From: Actinomycetes bacterium
GTDB lineage: Bacteria > Actinomycetota > Acidimicrobiia > Acidimicrobiales > Palsa-688
Assembly (NCBI GenBank): GCA_021809105.1
Contig: JAKBAM010000002.1
Span: 201,025 to 265,024, forward strand
Length of the DNA: 64,000 nucleotides
Reading direction: 5' to 3'
In this document: in pieces, positions 55,488-64,000 of the stretch
Position numbering within the stretch: the first letter of the stretch is position 1
Layout of the letters: the number at the start of each line of letters is the position of its first letter
Program-made: the position numbers and the translations under genes
Notes under the pieces: model-generated
Seen by the model: only the letters and a program-made list of their open reading frames with translations
Databases searched by the model: none
Told to the model about the DNA's origin: nothing

Positions 55488-56488
55488 GACCCTACAGCGG
55501 CTCGCAATGATTGCTTGAGGGACTTCGTCGTCGCCAGCACGGCGCTGGGCTCGTAGCCGCAGTGGGCCATGCAGTTGGCGCAGCGTGGGTCCTTGCCCCG
55601 CCCGTAGCGGTCCCAATCTGTGGTCGCGATCAGCTCCTCGTAGGTCTCGGTGTAGCCATCGGACATCAGGTAGCAGGGCTTCTGCCAGCCGAGCACCGAA
55701 TAGCTCGGGATGCCCCACGGGGTGCAATCGAAGTCGACCTTTCCCTCGAGGAAATCGAGGAAGAGAGGGCTGTGGTTCAGCCGCCATCTCTTGCGCCGGC
55801 CGTCGGCGAAGGCGTCGGCGAAGAGCTTCGTCGAGGACTTAGTGCTGAGGAAGTTGACCTGGTCAGGCGCCTTCTCGTAGGCATAGCCGGGAGAGATCAT
55901 CATCTGGTCGACCTGGAGCTCGTCGTTCAGGTAGTCCAACACCTCCCGCACCGTTCTCACCGAGTCGGTGTTGAAGAACGTCGTGTTGGTGTTGACCGTG
56001 AACCCCCGCTCCTTGGCCTTGCGGATGGCGGCGACTGCCTTGTCGAAGGTGCCGTCCCTGCTCACCGACTCGTCGTGACGATCCCGGAGGCCGTCGATGT
56101 GGACCACCCAGCTGAAGCGGGGGTTCGGCTCGAACTTTTCCAGCTTCCGCTCGAGTAGCAAGGCGTTGGTGCAGAGGTAGACGAATTTCTTGCGGGCGAG
56201 GAGCTCGGCGACGATCTTGTCGATCTCCGGGTGCAGCAGCGGCTCCCCGCCGGCGATGGACACCATCGGGGCCCGGCTCTCCTCGATTGCGCCCACCGCC
56301 TGCTCGACGGTGAGGCGCCTGCGCAGGATGTCGGTGGGATACTGGATCTTGCCGCATCCGTTGCACGACAAGTTGCAGGCGAAGAGGGGCTCGAGCTCGA
56401 CGATCAGGGGGAACTTGTCGCGCCCGGCCAGCTTTTGCTTGGCCATGTAGGTGCCGACCTGGACACTTTGACGGAGGGGTACACCCAT
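55484..56488 (-). CDS. hpnH: adenosylhopane synthase, hopanoid-associated radical SAM protein HpnH
   Basis: CNLSCNGC radical-SAM cysteine triad. N-terminus ...FPLIVELEPLFACNLSCNGCGKIQYP closely matches the HpnH family. Confidence 0.9.
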   Translation of the reverse strand: MGVPLRQSVQVGTYMAKQKLAGRDKFPLIVELEPLFACNLSCNGCGKIQYPTDILRRRLTVEQAVGAIEESRAPMVSIAGGEPLLHPEIDKIVAELLARKKFVYLCTNALLLERKLEKFEPNPRFSWVVHIDGLRDRHDESVSRDGTFDKAVAAIRKAKERGFTVNTNTTFFNTDSVRTVREVLDYLNDELQVDQMMISPGYAYEKAPDQVNFLSTKSSTKLFADAFADGRRKRWRLNHSPLFLDFLEGKVDFDCTPWGIPSYSVLGWQKPCYLMSDGYTETYEELIATTDWDRYGRGKDPRCANCMAHCGYEPSAVLATTKSLKQSLRAAVGS

Positions 56489-56491
56489 GAT

Positions 56492-58030
56492 CTATCGGAC
56501 CTCCGGAGGTAGGGAGAAGGAGACATTTTCGGTGTGGACCGTTCGCTCGGAGACCTTCACCGGTCCCAGGCCTCGGAGCGCGTCGACCACCCGCGCCACG
56601 ACGGACTCCGGCGTAGACGCTGCTGCGGTGAGGCCGATATTGCCCACACCTGTCAACCATGCCAGGTCGAGGGCTTCCGGGTCGTCGACCAGCTCCGCCG
56701 CGGCACCTGCACTCCGGGCGGCTTCGACCAGCCTGGCTGCGTTGGACGAGTTGGACGAGCCGACGACCAGCACCAGGTCGGTGTCGGCCGCGACGGCCCG
56801 CACGGCATCCTGGCGGTTGTGGGTGGCGTAGCAGATGTCCCCCGCGTGGGGACCGATCAGGGTCGGGTAGCGGCGGCGCAGCGCCTCCACCACCGAGGAG
56901 GTCTCGTCGGGCGAGAGGGTGGTCTGAGTGACGTAGGCGACGCGGGCCCCGTCGACGGTTTCCAGGGCGTCCACCTGTTCGGGAGTGGAGACCAGGTGCA
57001 TTGCCGGAGCCTCGCCCATGGATCCCTCCACCTCGTCGTGGCCGGCGTGGCCGACGAGCACCACTTCGTAGCCCCGCTCGTTGAAGCGGCGGATCTCGGT
57101 GTGGACCTTGGCGACCAGGGGGCAGGTGGCATCGACGACTGTTATACGCCGGGCGGCGGCATCCGCCCTCACCGACGGCGCGACTCCGTGGGCGGAGAAC
57201 ACGACCGTGGCCCCGTCGGGGACCTCTTCGAGCTCCTGGACGAACACCGCCCCCCGACCTTCGAGCTCGGTGACCACGTGGGAGTTGTGGACGATCTGGC
57301 GCCGCACGTAGACCGGTGCACCATATCGGCCGATGGCACGCTCGACGGTCTCGATAGCTCGCGATACGCCGGCACAGAACGAACGTGGGCCGGCCATCAA
57401 CACGCGGCGTGGCTCTGTCGCTGCGGCCCACGCAACCAGGACCGGGGCGGCAGCCCTGAGCGCTCGCAGGGCGGCGATGCCTCCGCTGACGGTGCTCAAC
57501 GAGATGAGGTCCCGACCGGGGGTGTCGGCGATAGCACGCACCACGGCAACGGGTCGCTCCCAAGGATGGCGCAGGATCGCCGCCGACTCCATATCGACTG
57601 CGGCTGCCCCGAGAGCGGCCAACGCGTCCCGTGCGGGCCGACCCCGGACCAAGCTGTCGGTGCTGGCGATGGTCCCGGTTCGTGCTTGAAGGCCCGCCCG
57701 GCGCAGGGCGGAGGCCAACAGGGTCGCAGACGGCAGGTCGGTCACGAGCTGCCCATGGTCGTCCACCACTCGATCGGCGACTACGAGGTCGCCTGGGTGC
57801 AGGTCGTTCACCAACGCACCAGCCACGCCCGCCACGACCATGGCCTTCCCGGGCAAGCTCGCCATGCGGGCGGCGGCCGCGGCCGCGCGGGCGGGACCTG
57901 CGCCGGTGCGCTCCACTCGTAGGCCCGACGCGCCTCGGCCCACCGCTCGCGCCTCGACGCGCAGCGGCACCAGTGCCAGCAGCGCGCCGCTGGTCGCAGG
58001 TGCCGGGCGTGGCTCCGCTCGACCTTGCAT
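56492..58030 (-). CDS. fusion protein: HpnG-like nucleoside phosphorylase (PNP/MTAN family) N-terminal domain plus IspH (4-hydroxy-3-methylbut-2-enyl diphosphate reductase) C-terminal domain
   Basis: N-terminal PNP_UDP_1 motifs AAVDMESAAIL and VAVVRAIADTPG. The C-terminus from RVLMAGPRSFCAGVSRAIE to YVTQTTLS is IspH/LytB. No stop codon separates the two domains in the 512-codon ORF. Confidence 0.8.
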   Translation of the reverse strand: MQGRAEPRPAPATSGALLALVPLRVEARAVGRGASGLRVERTGAGPARAAAAAARMASLPGKAMVVAGVAGALVNDLHPGDLVVADRVVDDHGQLVTDLPSATLLASALRRAGLQARTGTIASTDSLVRGRPARDALAALGAAAVDMESAAILRHPWERPVAVVRAIADTPGRDLISLSTVSGGIAALRALRAAAPVLVAWAAATEPRRVLMAGPRSFCAGVSRAIETVERAIGRYGAPVYVRRQIVHNSHVVTELEGRGAVFVQELEEVPDGATVVFSAHGVAPSVRADAAARRITVVDATCPLVAKVHTEIRRFNERGYEVVLVGHAGHDEVEGSMGEAPAMHLVSTPEQVDALETVDGARVAYVTQTTLSPDETSSVVEALRRRYPTLIGPHAGDICYATHNRQDAVRAVAADTDLVLVVGSSNSSNAARLVEAARSAGAAAELVDDPEALDLAWLTGVGNIGLTAAASTPESVVARVVDALRGLGPVKVSERTVHTENVSFSLPPEVR

Positions 58031-60001
58031 TCAGCGATCTCCAGATGCGTAGCGCCCGAGCGCCGTCAGCGGGAAGACCAGTCGGTAGAGGTGGTAGTTG
58101 ATGTTGAAGTCCCACGGGAAGCCGGTGCCCGTGTACTGAGGCTCGTCCCATGTCCCGTCGGGCCGCTGGGTCCCGACGAGGAACGCCACACCCGCCCTGG
58201 TCGCGGCGCTCTCGCGCTCTCCGGCGGCCAGCAGGGCGAGGAGGGCCCAGGCCGTCTGTGACGGTGTCGAATCGCCTCGTCCCCTCCACTGCTCGTCGAC
58301 GTAGGAGCGCATGTCCTCACCCCAGCCCCCGTCGGGGTTCTGGTGTGCCTCCAGCCACGCGACCGCCCGGCGCACCCGCTCGTCGCCTGGCGCCACCCCG
58401 GCGTCGATGAGTGCCGGGATGGCCGCGCCGGTGCCGTAGACGTAGTTGCTGCCCCAGCGACCGAACCAGGAGCCGTCATCCTCCTGCTGGCTGCCGAGCC
58501 AGTCGACGGCGCGAGCTACCGTCTCGTGCGGCACGCCAGGCTCACCCGCGAGCATCTCGATGACATGGGCGGTGACGTCGGCTGACGGGGGGTCGGTCAC
58601 ACGTCCGAAGTCGCAAAACGGCAGGGCCGCACACAGCTCGCTGTCGTTGTCGACGTCGAAGGCGCCCCACCCCCCGTCCCTGCACTGCATGCCGAGGGTC
58701 CAGGCCACCCCCCGCTCTACTGCCGCGCAGCGGGGACCCGTGTCACCTGCGGCCACCCCTGCCCGGCGTAACGCCATGATCACCTCGGCGGTGTCGTCGA
58801 TGTCGGGATAGAGATCGTTGGCGAACTCGAACGCCCAGCCGCCCGGCTCGAGCTCGGGGCGGCGCACCGCCCAGTCGCCCTTGATGCGAACCTCCTCTGC
58901 CACCAGCCAACCGGCGGCCGCCTGCATGGCTGGATCGTCGGGGGCGACCCCTGCATCGGCCAAGGCCACCACCGCCAGGGCGGTGTCCCACACCGGGGAC
59001 TGGCAGGCCTCGACGTGGCGCCCACGGTGGTCATCGAGCACGAAGCCGTCGATGCCGGCGAGCGCTGCCTTCATCACCGGGTGCTCAATGGAGTAGCCCT
59101 GGAGGTGCAAGGCGATCACGGAGTAGACGATCGGCGGCTGGATACCCCCCCAGCAGCCGTCGGCCTCCTGCCGCGAGAGGATCCAGCGTTCTGCCCGGGA
59201 GAGGCAGGCGCGGCGCACCGCGGCCCGGGGCAGGACCCAGCGAGGTAGGCGCTCGTAGCGGTGAAGTAGCCGGTCGAGCGCCTGGAAGGCGAGGGCGGTA
59301 GGGGTGCGGGAAGCTGGCTTGGACGCGGCCGGCGGCGATGCCAGCTCGTCTAGGGCGAAGGGCAGCGGGCGAGCGGGACGGTGGGCCATCACGACGCTCA
59401 GCGCGACGATCGTCTGGCGGGCCCAGCACCCGAAGTCGTAGATGTTGAGCGGTGCCCACTTCGGCAGCAACATGATCTCGGCCGGAAGTACCGGGAGCTC
59501 CTCCCACGGCCAAGCGCCGACCATCGCCATCCAGATCCGGGTGAAGACCCGGGTTCGGGCGAGACCGCCGTGGGATCGGATCCACGTCGCGGCTGCCACC
59601 ATGTGCGCTTCCCGGGCGTCATGGCCCGAGAGGCGCAGCGCCACGTAGGCCTCGACCGTGGTGGAGAGATCTCCTGGGCCGGCGAAGTATGTCGCCCACG
59701 CCCCGTCCTGACGTTGGTGGGAGGCAATCCAGCGCCCGGCGGCGGCCCTCGTGGCATCGTCGAGGATCCCGAGGAAGTGGCGCAACAGGAGGTCCTCGGC
59801 ATCCATGGTGACGTTGGTCTCGAGCTCCCCCTTCCACCATCCACCGGGGTGTTGGAGCTGCAGGAGGTGCTCGCAGGCGCGGTCGCGCGCATCGACTGCT
59901 CCCGCCACATCCTCTGCCCCGACGACCACGAGGCGGTCGGCTTCGTGGGGTGCTGGCGATGTGGGTTCTTCGTCGACGGGCCGCTCGGCGAGCGAGGTCA
60001 C
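58031..60001 (-). CDS. shc: squalene-hopene cyclase
   Basis: Catalytic DIDDTA (DXDDTA) motif and several QW motifs (DGGWG, DGSWFGRWG). GTG start forms a GTGA overlap with the FPP synthase stop. Stop abuts the next gene (TGAATG). Confidence 0.9.
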   Translation of the reverse strand: MTSLAERPVDEEPTSPAPHEADRLVVVGAEDVAGAVDARDRACEHLLQLQHPGGWWKGELETNVTMDAEDLLLRHFLGILDDATRAAAGRWIASHQRQDGAWATYFAGPGDLSTTVEAYVALRLSGHDAREAHMVAAATWIRSHGGLARTRVFTRIWMAMVGAWPWEELPVLPAEIMLLPKWAPLNIYDFGCWARQTIVALSVVMAHRPARPLPFALDELASPPAASKPASRTPTALAFQALDRLLHRYERLPRWVLPRAAVRRACLSRAERWILSRQEADGCWGGIQPPIVYSVIALHLQGYSIEHPVMKAALAGIDGFVLDDHRGRHVEACQSPVWDTALAVVALADAGVAPDDPAMQAAAGWLVAEEVRIKGDWAVRRPELEPGGWAFEFANDLYPDIDDTAEVIMALRRAGVAAGDTGPRCAAVERGVAWTLGMQCRDGGWGAFDVDNDSELCAALPFCDFGRVTDPPSADVTAHVIEMLAGEPGVPHETVARAVDWLGSQQEDDGSWFGRWGSNYVYGTGAAIPALIDAGVAPGDERVRRAVAWLEAHQNPDGGWGEDMRSYVDEQWRGRGDSTPSQTAWALLALLAAGERESAATRAGVAFLVGTQRPDGTWDEPQYTGTGFPWDFNINYHLYRLVFPLTALGRYASGDR

Positions 60002-61041
60002 GATTCCCGATCCACCACGAAGGCAGCGAGGTCGGCGAGCGTACGGTGGGGCACAGGGGAGAGACGCACCCGCTCCAGGGCTCCGAGGGCGCCGTCTAGG
60101 TGCGACTTGGCCCGCGTCCGGGCCCATTCCCTGCCCCCGCACGCTTCGACCAGGTAGGCGGCACGAGTGACTTGCGCCTCATCGAGAACTGGTGCGCCCG
60201 GGGTTCCGACGACCAGCGCTCTCAGCTCGTCGGACTCGTCGCCCCCCGCCGCCAGTGCGGCCACGACCGGCAGCGACTTCTTGCGGCGCCGGAGATCGTT
60301 GCCCGCCGGCTTTCCGGTGCGCGCCGGGTTGCCCCAGATCCCGAGCAGGTCGTCGACGGCCTGGAAGGCGAGCCCCAGGTGTCCCCCGTAGTCGCGGAGG
60401 GCACCGATGGTGGCGGGGGGTGCGCCGGCCAGGACTGCCCCGATCGATGCCGCTGCGCCGAGGAGAGCGCCGGTTTTGGCCGCGCACATGGCGACACAAT
60501 CGTCGACCGACACGGTGGATTGCCTCTCGAACGCGATGTCGTCGGCCTGTCCGGCGATCATCGCGGCAGTGGCGTCCGCCAGCAGCTCAGCCGCCGCGGA
60601 GCCGTGCGCCTCGCACTCGAGGAGCACCTGCTGGGCCGCCACTGCCAGCGCGTCGCCGGCGATTATCGCCGGCCCGATCCCGAAGACGGACCACACCGTG
60701 GGGCGGTGGTGGCGCTCGGTGTCACCGTCGATGATGTCGTCGTGGATCAGGGAGTAGTTGTGGACCAGCTCAACCGCCACCCCACCGGGCACGCCGATCT
60801 CGGGCTCGGCCCATGCCGCCGCGGCGGAGAGGAGGGCCAGGGCGGGGCGCACCAGCTTGCCGCCCGGGGCGTCGAGCGGGCGGCCATCAGTATCGGTCCA
60901 GCCGAGGTGGTAGGAGGCCATCCTGGCTATGTCGGGGTTCATGCGCCTCACGGCGTGTTCCATCGCAGGTTGGATCGCGCTCCGGGTCCGAGCCAGGGCA
61001 TCGGGCAGGCTGCCGCCGTTGGAGGAAGGAAGTTGGGTCAT
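59998..61041 (-). CDS. polyprenyl (farnesyl) diphosphate synthase
   Basis: First DDxxD motif DDIIDGD and second motif FQAVDDLLG. Confidence 0.85.
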   Translation of the reverse strand: MTQLPSSNGGSLPDALARTRSAIQPAMEHAVRRMNPDIARMASYHLGWTDTDGRPLDAPGGKLVRPALALLSAAAAWAEPEIGVPGGVAVELVHNYSLIHDDIIDGDTERHHRPTVWSVFGIGPAIIAGDALAVAAQQVLLECEAHGSAAAELLADATAAMIAGQADDIAFERQSTVSVDDCVAMCAAKTGALLGAAASIGAVLAGAPPATIGALRDYGGHLGLAFQAVDDLLGIWGNPARTGKPAGNDLRRRKKSLPVVAALAAGGDESDELRALVVGTPGAPVLDEAQVTRAAYLVEACGGREWARTRAKSHLDGALGALERVRLSPVPHRTLADLAAFVVDRES

Positions 61042-61063
61042 GCGGTCACTCGCTCGCATTCGG

Positions 61064-62470
61064 TCAGGTCACCTCCTGGGGTAGGTGCCGGGTGACGCCG
61101 GCGCCTACGAGCGCAGCGCGGGCGGCTCGCCGCCCGCTGCGTAAGGCGCCTTCCATCGTCGCCGGCCATCCGGTGTCGGTCCACGCTCCGGCCAGGTACA
61201 GCCCCGGCAAACGGGTCAAGGCGCTCGGCCTCAGGGCGCCGCTGCCGGGGACGGCCCTGAAGGTGGCGTGTCGCTCCTTCGTCACGACGGCATCGAGGAC
61301 CGTAGCGTGGCGCGACGCAGGCAAGATCCGGTGGATCTCTTCGGCCATCGTGGTGGCGAGGGTCTCGGGTCTTGTGCCGAGGTGGTCGTCGGCCGCAGAC
61401 AGGGACAAGGCAAGGTGCTGTGGCTCTCCCGGACCGCCCGGCGCCAGCCCTGAAGAGCTCGTGCGGTCGAACACCCACTGCACCGGAGAGTCCAGCGCCG
61501 CCAGCAGCGGCAGATCGGTGACACGCCGGTCGTAGAGGAGGTGCACGTCGACGATCGGAGACAGGCCCAGCTGACCGATCCGGCTCAAACCAGGCAGCGC
61601 CCAGTCAGGCACCAGCCCAGGCAATTCGGTGTGAGGGAGCGCGACGATGACGGAGTCGGCGTGTAGATCCTTGCCTCCGGCGACGACCCGAAGCGCCGTG
61701 GGTGCATCGGCCCCGCCGTCCACCGCCGTGACGCGAGTCTCGGTCCGCACCTCGACGCGTGCCTTGGCCAGGGCCGACAGCGAACGCTCACCGTGGAGCT
61801 GCGCCAACGGTATCCGGGACCACCCGATGTCTGCGGCCCGCCGATCGGTCAGCAGGCCGGTCTGGAACACTTTTGCGCCCATCGCCAGGGAGGCTTCGCT
61901 GGCTGGAAGGTTGATCGTCGCCACTGTGATCAGGTCCCACAGCGCCGCGATGGTCGACGGCCGCTGGCCGTGGCGGGCCAGCCATGCACCGAAGGTCTCC
62001 CGGTCGAGGCGTGGGTCGTCCAAGTCGATGTGGCGCAGCGGGAGGACGGCGCGCCCGAGGCGCAGGCGGTCGGCGACGGACAGGTGGCGGTACTGGAGGA
62101 GCGCCCGAGCGAGGTGAAGCGGCGCAGGGACGTCGTCGCGGCGAAGGCGCGCGCTGAGCGGGGGCCGACCTCGGCTCGCCGCCCTTATGACAGTGATGTC
62201 GAGGTGGTCCTGGATCTCGACGTCGCCGGCCGAACCGATCCGGTCCAGGAACTCGAGATATGCGTGGCAGCAGCGGAGGAACACGTGCTGGCCGTTGTCG
62301 AGCCAGCGGCCCTGGTGCTCGAAGGACCAGGTGAGGCCACCGAGGCGCCGGCGCCGCTCGAGCAGGGTCACCCGAGCACCCGCGTCTGCGCAGTCGAGCG
62401 CCGCTCCCAACCCGGCGAGCCCTGCGCCCACCACCACGACATGGGGGCGGTCGCGGGCGGCGGGTGTCAT
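61064..62470 (-). CDS. hpnE: hydroxysqualene dehydroxylase (squalene-associated FAD-dependent desaturase HpnE)
   Basis: FAD-binding VVVVGAGLAGLGAALDCADAG. Amine-oxidase/phytoene-desaturase fold. ATG forms an ATGA overlap with the hpnD stop. Confidence 0.85.
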   Translation of the reverse strand: MTPAARDRPHVVVVGAGLAGLGAALDCADAGARVTLLERRRRLGGLTWSFEHQGRWLDNGQHVFLRCCHAYLEFLDRIGSAGDVEIQDHLDITVIRAASRGRPPLSARLRRDDVPAPLHLARALLQYRHLSVADRLRLGRAVLPLRHIDLDDPRLDRETFGAWLARHGQRPSTIAALWDLITVATINLPASEASLAMGAKVFQTGLLTDRRAADIGWSRIPLAQLHGERSLSALAKARVEVRTETRVTAVDGGADAPTALRVVAGGKDLHADSVIVALPHTELPGLVPDWALPGLSRIGQLGLSPIVDVHLLYDRRVTDLPLLAALDSPVQWVFDRTSSSGLAPGGPGEPQHLALSLSAADDHLGTRPETLATTMAEEIHRILPASRHATVLDAVVTKERHATFRAVPGSGALRPSALTRLPGLYLAGAWTDTGWPATMEGALRSGRRAARAALVGAGVTRHLPQEVT

Positions 62471-63339
62471 GCCCGGCCCACCGTAAGGGCTCGCGCCGCA
62501 ACCGCAGCCTTCTCCCAACCCGGCAACGAAAGCCGGCCTCGCGTGACCGCGAGCGGGTCGCGCTGGATCCGGTCGAGCAATCGCCGGTAGATGCCAGCCA
62601 TGGCGGCGGTGCATGCCCGGGAGCGCCGGTCCAGTCTCGGCAGGAGTGCCAGGCCCCGGTCGTACCACTCAGCCGCACGAGATGCCTCGAAGCTCACCAG
62701 GGCGGCGAGAGCGTCATCGCCCCCGCGCACCTCGGAGTCAACGTCGAAGCGGGCCAGGTCATCGGCGGGCAGGTAGACCCGCCCCATGGTTTCGCGATCC
62801 TCGACGATGTCACGCAGGATATTGGTCAGCTGGAGGGCGACCCCCAGGGCGTCGGCCAGGGGATCCGCTCGGGCCCGGTCCGGTGTGCGGTATACCGCCA
62901 GCGACAGCCGACCGACCGTGCCTGCCACCCGCAGGCAGTAGCCGATCAGGTCCTCGATCGTGTTGTAGGTGACCCCCTCCACGTCCATCTCGCAACCCGC
63001 GATGAGCTCGTCGAGCGCCGACAAGGGGAGGTCATAGCGCCGGGCGGTGTCTCCCAGCGCGATCAACACGGGGTCCCCTCCGGCCGCCGCCGGATCGTCG
63101 GCAACGGCCATGACTGCGTGGCGGGTCGCGGCCAGGGCGGCGAGCTTGTCGTCGGATCCGGCCCCGCCATCGCCGATGTCGTCAATCCTCCTGGCTATCG
63201 CATACAGGGCGCTCATAGCGGCTCGCTCCGGTGGTCGCAGCAGCCTTATCCCGTAAGAGAAGTTGCGGGCTTCGCTCCTCGTGATCTCCTCGCAGCGTCG
63301 GTAGGCGTCCTCCAGATCCGTGGCGGCGGGCAAGCTCAC
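62467..63339 (-). CDS. hpnD: presqualene diphosphate synthase (squalene/phytoene synthase family)
   Basis: SQS/PSY family motifs YGIRLL and ARRIDDIGD. GTG start forms a GTGA overlap with the hpnC stop; the exact start is uncertain. Confidence 0.75.
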   Translation of the reverse strand: MSLPAATDLEDAYRRCEEITRSEARNFSYGIRLLRPPERAAMSALYAIARRIDDIGDGGAGSDDKLAALAATRHAVMAVADDPAAAGGDPVLIALGDTARRYDLPLSALDELIAGCEMDVEGVTYNTIEDLIGYCLRVAGTVGRLSLAVYRTPDRARADPLADALGVALQLTNILRDIVEDRETMGRVYLPADDLARFDVDSEVRGGDDALAALVSFEASRAAEWYDRGLALLPRLDRRSRACTAAMAGIYRRLLDRIQRDPLAVTRGRLSLPGWEKAAVAARALTVGRA

Positions 63340-64000
63340 CTCCGTGCTCCGAGGAGACCGATGGTGTGGGAGGCGACCCGAGAGGCTCGAGGCTGTGGTG
63401 TTCGTGTCAGCGGGTCGAAGCCCCCCGCAGCGAGAGCGTCCAGCGCGGCGTGACCACCGGCGACGAATCCAGCGACGGCGAGGCGCGATCGTCCCCCGAG
63501 GCTGTGCACGAGTGGTGCTCCCGACCGCAGCAGGCGCCGGGCCCGCCATGCCTCGAAAGCCATGAGCCCGCGCAACGCCGTCCCCGCCGGCGCGGCTGAG
63601 CGACTCAGGTCGGCACTCGACACCCCGAACCGATCGAGGTCGTCCAGCGGCAGGTAGATCCGGCCGGCGGCGTGGTCCTCAGCCACATCCTGCCAGTGCT
63701 CGGCCAGCTGCAGGGCGGTACAGACCATATCGGACCAGGCCACCCGCTCCGGCGTGGCCGCTCCGAAGGCGGCCAGCACCAGCCTGCCGATCGGGGCCGC
63801 GGACAGGGCGCAGTAGCCGACGAGGTCGTCGAAGCTCTGGTAGCGGGTGACGGCCTGATCCTGCCGGTTGGCTGCCACTAGGTCGCGCATCGGCGCCGGA
63901 TCGGCACCGAGCCGGAGGAGGCAGGCAGCCGCCCGCGACACCAGCGGATCGAGCCCGTCCTGGCTGGGATCTTTCAAAGCCGCGCTGAGCTGCTCGTCGA
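63336..64000 (-). CDS. hpnC: hydroxysqualene synthase (squalene/phytoene synthase family), 5'-partial; continues beyond the window end
   Basis: SQS/PSY C-terminal region YCALSAAPIGRLVL and YLPLDDL. The reading frame is open to nt 64000. Confidence 0.8.
   Translation of the reverse strand, partial: DEQLSAALKDPSQDGLDPLVSRAAACLLRLGADPAPMRDLVAANRQDQAVTRYQSFDDLVGYCALSAAPIGRLVLAAFGAATPERVAWSDMVCTALQLAEHWQDVAEDHAAGRIYLPLDDLDRFGVSSADLSRSAAPAGTALRGLMAFEAWRARRLLRSGAPLVHSLGGRSRLAVAGFVAGGHAALDALAAGGFDPLTRTPQPRASRVASHTIGLLGARR

Noticed and set aside
55863-58289. 808-aa minus-strand ORF
   Set aside because: It is an alternate frame of hpnH/hpnG-ispH/shc. It is extremely Arg/Gly/Pro-rich with no motif, which is typical of a high-GC off-frame artefact.
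1-64000. tRNA, rRNA, integrase, transposase or IS elements
   Set aside because: No T-loop-like GTTCGAATC/GTTCAAATC motifs were seen in the intergenic regions I scanned by eye. No recombinase or transposase homology appears among the ORFs. The window looks like core chromosome, not a mobile island.

Overview
High-GC (about 70%) actinobacterial-type chromosomal segment. It is densely packed with genes, and many adjacent genes have 4-nt GTGA/ATGA stop/start overlaps, which suggests translational coupling. Long ORFs in alternative frames are mostly GC artefacts and were discounted.

Content from start to end:
1. About 1-15 kb: a catabolic island. It holds a 5'-truncated indolepyruvate-ferredoxin-oxidoreductase-family gene, an EthD-like gene, two amidohydrolase_2 genes, a Rieske oxygenase alpha subunit, a TetR regulator, two tandem pairs of acyl-CoA dehydrogenases (the alpha2beta2 type known from steroid side-chain degradation), a cytochrome P450 with its ferredoxin, and a cupin.
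2. About 15-33 kb: miscellaneous chromosomal genes. These are a Leu/Ile/Val-type ABC substrate-binding lipoprotein, an epimerase, PspA, an FTR1 iron permease with an unusual Gly-rich-tail partner protein and an upstream AT-rich perfect palindrome, a lipid-remodelling operon (CFA-synthase-like methyltransferase, acyl-ACP desaturase, frameshifted PLD), a GAF-PP2C phosphatase, a 955-aa FAD/Fe-S oxidoreductase, a phytoene-desaturase-family oxidoreductase, Mug glycosylase, an MFS transporter, an NfeD-like mini-protein with flotillin, and an aldo/keto reductase remnant.
3. About 33-39 kb: a rip/itaconate-like C5-dicarboxylate CoA module (thioesterase II, CitE-like lyase, MaoC hydratase, CoA-transferase, MFS transporter).
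4. About 39-51 kb: two large helicases (DUF3516-type and SNF2/HelZ-like), an alpha/beta hydrolase, inorganic pyrophosphatase, glutamate decarboxylase with an aldehyde dehydrogenase, and a solitary infA.
5. About 51-64 kb: a complete hopanoid biosynthesis operon on the minus strand. Its transcription order is hpnC, hpnD, hpnE, FPP synthase, shc, an HpnG-IspH fusion, hpnH, and a translationally coupled SDR. A four-gene plus-strand operon (DMT transporter, DegT aminotransferase, NodB deacetylase, GT28 MGDG-synthase-like glycosyltransferase) converges onto it.

The most interesting hypothesis is that the SDR and the convergent tailoring operon are non-orthologous hopanoid side-chain and head-group enzymes: the unidentified ribosylhopane reductase, and HpnI/HpnK/HpnO analogues.
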